Positions 24,101 through 35,660 of a DNA stretch of 64,000 bases are shown piece by piece (the first letter of the stretch is position 1; each line of letters begins with the position of its first letter). The position numbers and the translations under genes were made by a program. The stretch covers positions 186,001 to 250,000 of the forward strand of contig CDMY01000646.1 in NCBI GenBank assembly GCA_001179505.1. Direction: 5' to 3'. This DNA comes from Vitrella brassicaformis CCMP3155. Its lineage: Eukaryota; Protista; Chromerida. The notes below the pieces were generated by a model. That model was not told where the DNA came from. It was given only the letters and a program-made list of their open reading frames with translations, and searched no databases.

Positions 24101-27100
24101 TCGTTCGCCAGGTCGGTGTGTGTGTGAAATCTGCGATGGCTTCCACTCAGATCACATGGACGTACCTGTGTGCGTGTGTTTAGGTGTTGGAGTGTGTGCA
24201 GCTCGATCAGCTGTCTGAGGCGCTGACTAACGTCGGCAGCATCAGGCCACTGGAGGAGACGGCTGCCATTCTGCACGAGGAGGCCAGGCTGATCTGGGGC
24301 AGCGTGCAGTATCAGACACTCTTTTCCCACCTCGTGTGGTTCACCATCATGATGGTCTTTAAAGTCATCGCCGCGCAGATGGAGGTCCGTTTCATGCACT
24401 GACACGACGCATACGAGTGTGTGCAGCGAGCCAGGCTGACTGTCTGTTCTTCTCTGCCTGTCTGGCTACCTCTGTGCTGTCAGGGAGATGGTGTGGCTTT
24501 CGTCAAGGCGATGCAAGACATTCGCCGCCGCATTCAAGAGCAAGGCGCCTCGAGCACAGCTGACGCCACCCTCCCGCCCCTCCCCGCCGCAGGCGACAAC
24601 TTCTATGACTTCGCCCGTCAGGCGGTGGCCACCCTGACGCAACAAGGGCCGCCCGATTACACATACGTGGAGACTCACCTGCGGACACTTGTCGACGCTG
24701 TCGCCACAGCTGACCCGATTCGAGATCTTCTGTTTTTCTTCCATCTCGCCCAAGGTCCTCTGAAGTCGCCGACGCAGGGCGGCACAGAGGGGGAGTCTGC
24801 GTGGCACGCGACGTATCGTGGCTACTTCGACCAGTGCCGCATCGTGGCCCCCACGGGCGGTCGGCGGCACGGCAGCTTCGCTGTGAGCGGCGCTCCGGTC
24901 ATCAACGGTACCTACCTGCTCCGCCCGACAGAGGAAGAGCAGAAGACGCTGCTTTGGACTCATCCGGAGACTATCGCCTACGTGGGCAAGAAGATGGTAT
25001 TCGAGCGGCTGGTCTACCCGCAAGCCGACGGCAACATGGGAGGACTCTGGATGGCACACTCCCCGTCCACGGCCGATCGAACCAGGGTGCGCATCATCGC
25101 CTTCGGACCCTTCAAGGACGACTCAGTCAGCAGCCGCAACCCCTTGCTCAGCCACCCCGCTGCGGCCAACCCCGCCTTCGAGACGAGCGAGTGGTTCGCT
25201 GTCGACCAGGAGGGGCACATCAGCAGACTCGATGGCGTCAAGATGACCACCACTCTGCCGCTCACTTTCCACGTCCTCCGATCTTTCCTTGACAAAATGT
25301 CCGGGGCGATGGCGGATTTCGACATAAAGGTGCGCATGTGGGCCGACACAGCTGAGCCGCTCGAGTCGCTGTACGATTACTACACCCATTACCTGGCCGA
25401 GCGGGAGGTCAGCAAGGGGGCCGCCTTCCCCATGGCCTTCTACCTCGATGCCCAAGTCATGGAGCGCCTGCCGCCCTCAGCACGGCACAAGGGGCGGCTC
25501 ACCGATGCAGGTCAGTCACCTCCAGGTTATGCATGCGTGAGCGACGCCGAAACCATTCTGGTCGAGACGGGGAACATCCGCCTGGCGGACGAGTACGTCA
25601 CCAAGGCGTTCACAGAGTGGCCGTTTGCCGCCGTGTTGGCCCTGCTGGCGACCGGATCGGCCGACTCGCACTGCACAGGGGGGCTGGTGTATGTCTTGCG
25701 GGCCGAGTCGCGGACACAGACCTGTTGTCGGTGCGGCGAGCCGTGTGCGGGCAGCTCAGGGGGCCCAGTGGATACCATTCCTCTGACGCACACTCTGCCC
25801 AATGACAACCTGATGGACGATGCCATGGTCGAAAGCGAGAGGCGGTACATTCGGGCGGCGCCGGCGGGCCTGTGTGTGCAGAGTGCGATAGGGTCGCTGA
25901 TGTGCGGACCATGTGCGCTGGATCGCTTTGAGTCGGCGTATCCGACCAGGTGAGTGACGCGCAACCAGAGTCAAGTGTTTCTGTCCATATGTGTGTGTGT
26001 ACAGGCCTGATCGTACCCCTGTAGATGTGCTGGGCACATTGTCAAGCCTCCTGTCGCCGCCTTCCGACGCGCAGACTGTCCCCTCGCCACAACCGAACAG
26101 CGCATCGAGCAGCAGCACCCCCTCCCGCACCTCCCCTGCCACCAGCAGCATCTTCCGAGGCATCTTCACGGCCAAGGACAAGACCAAACCGACACCGCCC
26201 AAGCCGACGCCGACCACTCCCAAGCCCAAGCCGACATCCACCCAGCCATCCACCCCTCCCATAGCCGCATCCACCGTCACGGTTGACACGTCAAGCCATG
26301 AGGGCGACGTGGAGCCGTCACGTGAGTTTCTGGCGATCGTGAAGGCCTTGCTGCTGCACAAGAGAGGAGAGAGGGACACCAATCAGTGCGACGCGACACC
26401 AGCGCGAGAAGAACGTCGAGCTGGCATAGGTCGTGCCTCGGCGGCGGCTGTGGACGTTATCCCCCCGGTGCTGACCTTCTATGTCCCACGTTCGGCTCTT
26501 GACGACTCGACCCATAAGCCGAAGGTGGTGCTGGTGCGTGACATGGATGAACCGATGGCGTGCGAGTCGCTGGATGACTACTACACCCATTATCTGGCCG
26601 AGCGGGAGGTCAGCAACGGGGCCGCCTTCCCCATGGCCTTCTACCTCGATGCCAAGGTCATGGCAGGCGAGCGCCTGCCGCTGTCAGCACGGCACAAGGA
26701 GCGGCTCATCAGCGCTGCCAAAAGGGGGCGGAAGCGGCGTTTGGTTGTCTTCGGCTCAGCGACGCCGAGACAGTACTCATTGACGGAGGTCGGGTGCGGC
26801 TGTCTGACGAGTACGTGACGAAGCCTTTCACGCAGTGGCCTGTTGGTGGCCTACTGGCGCTGCTGAACGAGGGAGGCTCCGTGTATGTGGTGCGGGCCGA
26901 GTCGCGCACGTCGACTTGCGCCTTCTGCCTTCACAAGTTCGCGGCAGGGCAGGACCTGGTTGGTGCAGACGCTGCGCTGGCGTATCAGTTGCCGATGATG
27001 GGGGTGGATGAGGCCGAGATGGCGTATGTCAGAAGTGGAGGGGAGGGGATCTTTCTCGCGTGGATGGGTTGCGGCGTGTGCAGCCGGTGCTATTTCCACA

Positions 27101-30100
27101 CGGCCGACGCACTGCGCCAGCTGCCGACCAAGTGGGTGTCGTGCGGTGCGGTGCACACATACAGACGTACACCTCTGCAAGCGCATGTGTGTGTGTGTGT
27201 GTATTCCCACAGACCCACCACTGGCGAGGAGTTGCTCCGCCTGGCAGGCAGCATCGCCTCCACCATTGAAAGCAAAACGTGAGACAGACAGATTTTGAAT
27301 GAAGGCACTCACGATCTGCTCTCGCTCCCTGGCCTCAGTTCATCCAGCAGCAGCACCCCCTCCCGCACATCCCCGGCCACCAGCAGCATCTTCCGAGGCA
27401 TCTTCACACCAAAGGACAAGACCAAGCCCACAGCACCCAAGCCGACGCCCACCCCGTCGAGCAAAGCCACACCCACCGTCACGGTTGAGTCCATCCATGA
27501 AGCCTTCCCCGACATCGCCACTGTCAGCTCGGGCACAGAGGGCGGCAAACAGCCCTCCAGTGAGACGCTGGCGATCGTGAGGGCCTTCCTGCAGCACAAC
27601 AGAGGGGCGGTGGAGGGTGGTGGTGTCAGCTGTGTCGAGTCGAGTGAGTGCGATGCGGCCCAGGAGCGGGAGACCTACCGCCGGGCCGTCAAGAAGTTCT
27701 TCATGGACCACCGGACAGCACTGCAAAGGTCACCCAAGAGGCTGGGCATCTCAACCAGTGGCTGAGACAAGTGTCATGCGCTCTGTGTGTGTGCAGTGAT
27801 CCGTCGGCGGTATTTGCGTTGGGTCCGCTGCGGCATGTGCGTGGCGAGTGGCTGCCCCAGTGGCACACGACGTTCGTCAGTGAGCTCAGCAAAGGCCAGC
27901 AGCTCATGCAGAAGGAACTCGGGGGCGCCACTACTAGGGGCCCCACAGACACCAACAAGTGAGCCGCAGAGAGGGGAGGAAGAGGCATCGATAGAGTGTC
28001 ATGATGATGTCGCCTGCTGCTGTCCATGTGTGCAGTACGTCGACGTCGCCGGCACCACTAGTGTCTGCAGACGAGGATCAGCTGAAGGAGGACATACAGG
28101 CCGCCACGGCAGCGCTGCGACGCCACCCGTCGTCACGCCTGTTCCGGCTGCCGTATCCTCATCCCGACTACGCCCGCATGTATGGAGGGGGCCGGCCTCA
28201 TTCCATCAGTGACCTGGAGAAGTGGGTGCTTGCGGTCGATAAGGAGGTGAGCGGGGGGAACACACCCACACGCATACACACGTGCGGGGAAGCATCGGTG
28301 TGTTGTCTTCTGTTGTGTGTTGCAACCGATGCGCGTGTGTCAGGGGTCAGAGGACGGCTGGCTCCACTGGTACGACTACATCACGAGGATGGTTAACAGT
28401 GCGGTCGATTTCACCAAGGAGGGCTCGGTACGTATGCCGTGACTACCTGACCAACAGACAGACAGTTGATTCCGCTCGACATGTCCCCCGTGCCTGTGTG
28501 CAGGAGCTTTACGTGGCAGCCCAGGAGCTGCTAATTGTCGCCATCCGCCTCGGCGGCGGTCCTGAGCGATTCGCCCAAGGGGAGGAGCCGAGACGCGTTA
28601 AAGACCTCATCGAAAAGGGCCCCGCTGCAGACGAGCATGTGGTGGACGACCGCAGCGACCTTGACGCGACCGAGCTACTCGAGGTTTGGGGCTCGTGTCG
28701 CAACGGCGAGGCATCTGACGAGTCAAGTGAGGTGGAGACCGTGTCTGTCAGGGATGAGTCGACCACTCCCACTGCTGGCCGGCGCGCCCCCGATGAGTCG
28801 CAGGCCGACAACGACAAACTGACAGACAAGTGTGCCCGACTGGAGAGGGAGCTGGCGGCCGCACACGAGAAACTCAAGACCGCCGAGGACGGACACACGA
28901 AGGAAAAGGATGGACTCAAGGGGACCATCAAACGACTCCAAGACGATGTCAAAAGGTGACCAGAGAGAGAGGGGGAGGGAGGGAGGGAAGCAGTTGATTG
29001 ACTGCCATCCGTACGCCCTCGTGTGTGTGGATGTGTGTGTAGGTTGACCAGTGAGTCGGCTGCGTCGAAGAAAATGGCTGAGAAGGAGAGGCAGGCGGCC
29101 GACGCGCAGCGCAGCACTCTCGAGGACATCCTCAAAGACAAAGACAAACAAATCAAACAGACACAAAAGACGTCAGCACCGACGCATTACACAGACGCGC
29201 CATCCACCATCTGATGTATCCCTCCCTCCCTGTCTGTGTGTGTGCAGTGCGGACGACCGTGTGCGTCGGGTGACCCAACAGGTGCGCCAGGAGGCCGACA
29301 AGGCCGCCAAGACACACATGGACACCGTCACCAAGCAGCACAGAGACGAGCTGGACGCTCTGCGTGGCGAGCACCGGTCGGCCATTTTGGAACTGAGGGC
29401 GCAGCACCGGACAGCCATCGACCAGCGAGAGAGTGAGGTGCGTGTGGCGGCCGAGAGGGCCCTGGCCGACGTGACGCGCGAGAGGGACCAACTGAGGCAG
29501 CGACTGAGGGAAGAACGACTCAGGTCAGCCAGACAGACAGAGACGGAGGGAGAGAATACCCACGAGTCAGACGCTGCTGATGACATGTGTGTGTTGATGT
29601 GTGTGTGCAGGTCAGCGCGTGTAGAGCAGGAGAGAGACGTCGAGTTGCGTCGGCTGCGCGAGGCGGAGGCGCCGCTGAGGCGGGAGATACTCACGCTCAA
29701 ACAACAGTTGTCATCGGCACAATCACCACACAGGTCACCAACCGCACACACACACACCCACACACACACCGACAGCAGCCGTGATTTTGTTTATCTCTCT
29801 ATTGTCTGTGCTGCAGTCGTGTCAGTGCGGGTGACGTGTCGTCTCTCGATCTGCCGTCGGTGCGTCAGCTGCTTGACGACCTCGCCTCAGAGCAGCACCG
29901 ACTCACTCAGCTCCACCAGGCCGCCATCGAGCGACAAATACAACTACGCCACCAGCAGCAGCCCAACCGCACATCGCCCTCCTGTTCATCACCGTCAACA
30001 GCAGCAGCAGCTGTCCCCACCCACACCGCCGTCCCCTCTGTGCCCCTCTCTCTCAACAATGGCTCACCACCACCACCACCACCCAGTGGCAGCAGCAGCT

Positions 30101-30507
30101 CGGCAGCCGCAAATGGCCCCTGTGCTGCGGGATCGTCCAGCAGCGGCAGTGGTGGTGTTGGGTCGTGTGTGAGCAAGTGCCAGCTGTGTCTTGAGAACCC
30201 GCCAGACATCATCCTGTTGCCCTGCGGACATAAAGTGAGTCGAAGAAGAGATGGCAGCGAGTTTGTACGTGCAGGTCTGTGTGTCGTCTGGGTGTGTCTG
30301 CCAGGTGGTGTGTCAGGAGTGTTTTGAGAAGTGGATGGCCCCCATGCCGACCGAAGACAAACTCTGCCCTGAACACACGTACGCAATGCAATCCAATGGC
30401 TGACAACCGGCACACACAGGTCTGCAGCCCCTGTGTGTGTGCAATGTGTGTCCTGTGTCAGGTGTCGGCAGCCCTACTCCGAGGTCAGATACATTTTTGG
30501 TGAGTGA
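21132..30507 (+). CDS. Giant multi-exon protein: repeated unknown Cys-capped modules, coiled coil, C-terminal C3HC4 RING (putative E3 ligase)
   Basis: Long ORFs 21484-24183, 24421-25953, 25991-26818, 26794-27282 and 28282-28959; heptad-rich exons at 28.8-29.9 kb; spliced C-terminus CQLCLENPPDIILLPCGHKVVCQECFEKW...LCPEHTCRQPYSEVRYIFGE*. Confidence 0.8.
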
Positions 30508-31006
30508 GTGAGTGAGTGCTGTCTTGATGTGCCCGTGACGTATTTATCGATGAGTGACATTTATGGCAAAATGCGATGGATGCGACGCGACAAGAGAGAC
30601 GCCAGAAAGGTTTGTTTGCCGCCGAGTGAGTGAGTGAGTGATCCATCAATCGGTCTATACGCCGCAGTCTGCGTACGTACGTCAGTGAGTGAGTGAGTAG
30701 GTTACATATGTATACGTACGTACGTATGTAACATGTATACGTACATTACATATGTTTACGCATATATATGTCTCTGTACGTGTGCACGTGGACTGTACAT
30801 GTATGTCTTTATGTATGTATGTATGTATGTATGTATGTGTGTATGTATGTCTGTGTGAGCGTTTTTATGGCCTTCTTCCTTCTGTGTGGCTGTGGGTCTC
30901 TGATTGGCATGTGTGCTGGACACGAGTATTTGTGCACGTTCATTGGTGAATCAATCAGTCGGATCCATCCATCCTTTTTCCTTGCAGATACACGGAGGTG
31001 GCATTC
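24447..31006 (+). repeat. Left arm of an inverted segmental duplication
   Basis: Exons, introns and about 500 bp of 3' flank match the reverse complement of 59219-64000. Confidence 0.95.
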
Positions 31007-31093
31007 TCCTGCCTCCCTGTGTGTCTGCACGCGAGAGCGTTATGCAGGGAAGATGGGAAAAACCGCCCTGAGAGGAAGAGCGTCTTGCAGCTC

Positions 31094-31101
31094 AGCTCGC
31101 A
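31094..31101 (+). promoter_or_regulatory. AGCTCGCA candidate promoter element
   Basis: About 63 nt upstream of the ATG at 31164. Confidence 0.4.
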
Positions 31102-31163
31102 GACGATTCGAGGAGGAAAAGCGATCACGGCACCTTTGGGCAGTTGTATGGTCATTGTGCATC

Positions 31164-32584
31164 ATGGATCCGCCATCGCCGTCCCATCCAGCGTCTATTG
31201 ACGCTCCCTCCCCCTCCCAGCCGTGGAGCCGCAGCGAGTCATTCTCTCAAGCTGGCGCTGACCCAGACAGACCCGGCAGCAGCAGCAGCAGCAGCAGCGC
31301 TGCGTCACCGAACCCGGTACATGTACGCCACACAAAACAAACTCGTGCGGTCCGGTGCAGTGTCCTTGTGTGTCTGTCTGCGTGTCTGTCAGCGTCAGGA
31401 TGTGTCGCGTGACCATCGCGCGCTGGTTGCCATGCGAACCGAGGCGATCATTCGGCCTGACGAGGATGTGAGGATCCGCGTGTGTGGGTACGACTTCACC
31501 GTGAGTGCGTCATCTCTGCAATCGCTGCACGAGCAGCTCGTGTCGGCCGTGGGGACGGGCACGCTCATTACGACCATGTGGCAGACGAGTGTGGGCGGCG
31601 ACGAGCAGAGGGAGACGGTGGAGGTGTCTTTGGATGAGGAGTACGACAGGCAGGTCAAGTGGGACGTGGCGCAGATGCTCGAGAGATACCACAAGTGCGC
31701 TTGGCTCGATAAAGCGGACGGTGCGGTGCATACGTGTGCATGTGTGTGTTGTGTGTGTCAGGCACTGGGAGCAGCAAGGCACGTTTGAGGGGTATGCCAT
31801 CGACGTGCCGCCCAACATGACCGCCAAGCTCTTCTCTCGCCTTCTCGACTATCTACAGGTAGCTGACATGACACCCTACTGCAAGAGTGACACACAGGGC
31901 ATCCCGACGTGTGCCTGCAGATACCCATCGAGGCCAACACGCCTCAGGTCCCATCAGCCGCCCAGCTGGCGCACCCCCACGCACAGGCAGCAACCGCGCC
32001 CGTCTGCATCTGCTCTCTCAAGTTCCTCACCATCGCGTCGTGTTGGGAGTTTAACGCGCTCCACGGCAACCAGGAGAAGGCCACCAAGTTTGTCGCGTAC
32101 CACCTTAAGCCAGCATTGTTCAACTTCGCCTTTAGCGAGGCGTGTCTGAAGCTGCTTGTCGGTCTGAATCTCGCCCCATCGAAGGCCAAGGTGGACGAGG
32201 CAATCCTCTCGCTGTCGTGCTACGAGAGTAATCGGCCGAGTGAGGGATGGAACAGAAGCACGCAGAGGTACGCGCCCGATGTGTCGACCAACTGGATCCT
32301 GTCGCTCTTCTGCACGGCTCCCGGGAGGGGGGCGGTCATTCGGCAAATCGCCAGTGACAACGACTTCAGGGGTCAGAAAGAGAGAGAGGAGAGAGAGAGA
32401 GAGCCCATTCATATGGAAAACGGATGCACACACGGATAACGGTGTTTGTGTCTTCATGCGTGGGTGTGTAGGTATCACGGCGTTGTGGGTAGAGCGGACG
32501 GATGTGCGCGGCAAGACTGTGCCGGCCCTGCTGCTATCGCTGGACCTGGACGATGTGGACGGGCAGATCTGGTACGACATGTAG
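31164..32584 (+). CDS. Hypothetical protein with a divergent BTB/POZ (KCTD T1-like) domain
   Basis: DEDVRIRVCGYDFTVSASSL ... YAIDVPPNMTAKLFSRLLDYLQ resembles V.lnVGG..F.T...TL ... yFiDRdp..F..IL.yLr, but with a long insertion; about 5 exons. Confidence 0.5.
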
Positions 32585-33615
32585 CGCCCTGTGTACCATT
32601 CGTAGGCAGGTACAGGTAGTGATAGCCCCTCGTATGTGCCTTTCTGTATTATCGCTGGCTGGGGTGGGAGAGAGAAGCCCACCCACACGTGCCGTGCCTG
32701 TCTGTGGGCGAGATGGAGGGAGGCACTGTGTATGTGTATTTTTCCATCCAATGGCAGCACAGCAACAGCACCCAGCCAGCTGGCCATTAGCTTGCCGTCC
32801 AGCTTTTCATGTCTGTCCCTTGCCGTGTACTGTACAATGATATCGCAACCTAATCGGGTCATACAGTGGTGTCGTCATGCGTTCCTCATGTGTCATCTTG
32901 CCACTGTCCGCAGCACTGACGGTTCCATCGGTGCTGCGGCGAGAGGCAGGCAGGCGACAGAGCAACACATGAAGGCAGGCAGCTGCGACACAAAAAAGAA
33001 CGAGAGACAGGCACATAGGGAGTGACGGCTGCTGTACAGTGTCGTGCAGTGCATGTGTCTGTGTGCGGTTGCGGGAAGACAGAGGCCATTCTCTCCTTTT
33101 GTGATGCCGGTGTGTTCACTGGGTGAGAGAGAAAAGACCGGGGCGGCGCGGCAGGGAGGGAGAGAGTGGCTGGCTTCCAGCATGTGAGGATTTGGACTGA
33201 TTTGGACATTCTGCCAGCCACAATCAAAGCCTCATGTGTGATATGAACCAGAAAACGATCACGCAATCGACCACGTCCGTGTTGCCCACGTCTGCCCATG
33301 CATTGCCTGCAGCACTCAGTCAGCTGTGTCGCTGCTACGCACACTAAGTAGCGATCCTCGTCCAGCCGTCTCGCAGGCAGTGACGCGTGTGCACTGCACT
33401 GCCGACAACTGCAATCGGAGCTACCATCTATGCTACCGACCGCTGTCCACAGACCTGACAGACAGACAGACAGACAGACACCACACCAAAAGCCACACCG
33501 ACATCATCCAAACATGAGAAAATTCCAACCAACCAACCGACCACACTCTGTCTCTTCGCCACCTGTGTGTGTGTCTTCGTCGTCTGTCTGTCTGAGGGTC
33601 CATCCAAGGCAATCG

Positions 33616-35471
33616 TCAGTCGTGCAGTGCCCACAGCTCGATTTCCTTTGCCGTGAATGCTGGGCTGCTCGCCAAAGAGCCCTTCCATGATACCCGGCGG
33701 CCGCTGTTGTAGATGTGCCTCGACTCCAGGGAGGCGCTCCTGGGAAGGTATGGCGTCTCGATCACCATGAGGCAGCTGCTGAGGTCGGCAGCAGGCCCAT
33801 TGTCGGCGCCGCCCAGCCACAGCAGCGCCGCATCATGGCGACCGATGTACACGTTGCCGAATGGCTGCCCGTCGGCCGGCACCACCCCGTCCCGCCCCGC
33901 CACCGCCACCACTCCCTTTGCTGATGCCATGATCTTGCTGGGCGTGTCGCACACACCACTGATGGTGTAGAAGGCAACCGGGCAGTCGGTGGTCTCGTGC
34001 GCGGTGCTGTCCTCAGGTTCCAGGTCGTCCTCGGCATCTCCCCCGTTACCAAAGGTGGTCGCGAGGAGGTGCGTGTCGCCGTCACGGACGAGGAGCAGCC
34101 GACGGGAGCCGGATGCGTCATGGCTCCTGTCGAGGAAGGCCGGATACTCGAAGCTGTCACGGGACGACCTGAATCAACATACGGCGTGAAAAGAAAGAAA
34201 AGCATTTCAAACAAATGGCAATAAATGCCGCCATATCGTTGGTCTGGGGATTAGTACTTGTAGAGCAGGGTCATGGCAGAGATGGGATTGAGGGTGAAGC
34301 AGTTGAGCCAATCCCGCAGACGGCCGTAGGGCGACCCGGCACTCGTCGCGATGGGCTGCGGACGTCATGTAATTAATGCACAAGCGCATGAATGAATGAA
34401 CCAAACAGCCACACCACAGGCCTGGCCCATCGAATCGAATGTGTAGGTGCCTACCTCTTCCTGCTCGCTACTGCAGATCTCATGCGCGACGGCCTGGAGC
34501 CGCTCAGCCACGTTCTGCAGCACCCGTCCATCCAGCACACAAATGCACAGCCAGACAAGACGTCTTTTGCGGTCCGGTCCGGCACCCCACCTCACCACAT
34601 CGTCACACAGCATGGGCTCCGCATACACCGACGTCACCAGCCGACCCCGTGAACGCCTCGGCCCATCGCTGTCACCATCGCCATCGTCGCCATCGCCCAC
34701 CCGCTGCCTCTTTCCCGCCGTCCCAGCTGCATTGGCATGAGGCTGCTGTCCGTTCAGGTCCACGGCCCTGGTGGCGAGCCGCCTCGTCGGCATCGGCGGC
34801 ATGACGTCCTTGTCGTAGTGGCCGGCGAATGTGTCGAGGATCTGCATGGGCGAGAAGGACGGCACGGGCGATGAGGGCGGGAGGGACAGGAGGAAGTGGA
34901 ACTTGTCCTTCCATGTGGCGTCGTCGGGGGAGAGGCTGAACAGACGGCGGGTCAGCTCGTCCCGCATGGTGGCCATGCGGGCCTCCTCGAGAAGAGATCT
35001 GCTCATGGAATGGCATGGGACACGCACAGCATGCCATGCAAAGCACCCGTGTGTCGGTCGGATGGCAGCATAGCATGCCTACGTACGGAGATATGATGGG
35101 CTGGAGCGCTGCAATGGCACCCTCAGGAGTCGTCTGCACAGACAGACACACACACACAAACACACAGACAATGGACCACTACACTTGGATCTTGATTCAT
35201 TCATTGTCCTTCCGCAGCATATATCCTTACTTACCTGTTTGTTCCGCAGCTGGGTGTGCAGCCCCAATAGCTGCAGCTTTCTCGCCGCATCCGTGAAGAC
35301 GGCGTGCTCGCGCTGGCCGCCATTGTCCTCCTCCGCGTCGCCGATAAGGCTCATCGCCTTCTCTGTCAGCTTCAGCGCGCCTCGTTGACCCGACAGCCAG
35401 CTCTCCAGCGACGAGAGCCTGGTCTTGGCGGGCAGCATAGCTGGGGAGGGCATGCCATTGGGCTGCAGCAT
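33616..35471 (-). CDS. TLDc-like domain protein (copy 2)
   Basis: Spliced MTLLYK|SSRDSFEYPAFLDR...RRLLLVRDGDTHLLA...FTAKEIELWALHD* fits the TLDc pattern; N-terminal helical exons start at 35471. Confidence 0.65.
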
Positions 35472-35593
35472 CTTTTCGTCTGCACCACATAGAATACGTC
35501 CAACGAAATGAATGCATGCGCTCGAGCAGAAGATACAGATGGCATGGGCGCCTCTTTGCCCTCACCTGTGGGGCTCTCTCTTTCTGCTTCAAG

Positions 35594-35601
35594 TGCGAGC
35601 T
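35594..35601 (-). promoter_or_regulatory. AGCTCGCA element (TGCGAGCT on +)
   Basis: Between the divergent TLDc-2 start (35471) and the M16 ATG (35661); a GGCGAGCT variant follows at 35609-35616. Confidence 0.4.
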
Positions 35602-35660
35602 CCTCTGTGGCGAGCTTAAGAGATCTCAGGCCTTTTCCGCCCACACACCTCCCGGACAGC

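Noticed and set aside
30690-30850. TACG/TATG palindromic, alternating purine-pyrimidine tract
   Set aside because: Self-complementary microsatellite that differs freely from the paralogous flank at 59340-59470, so there is no sign of conserved structure.
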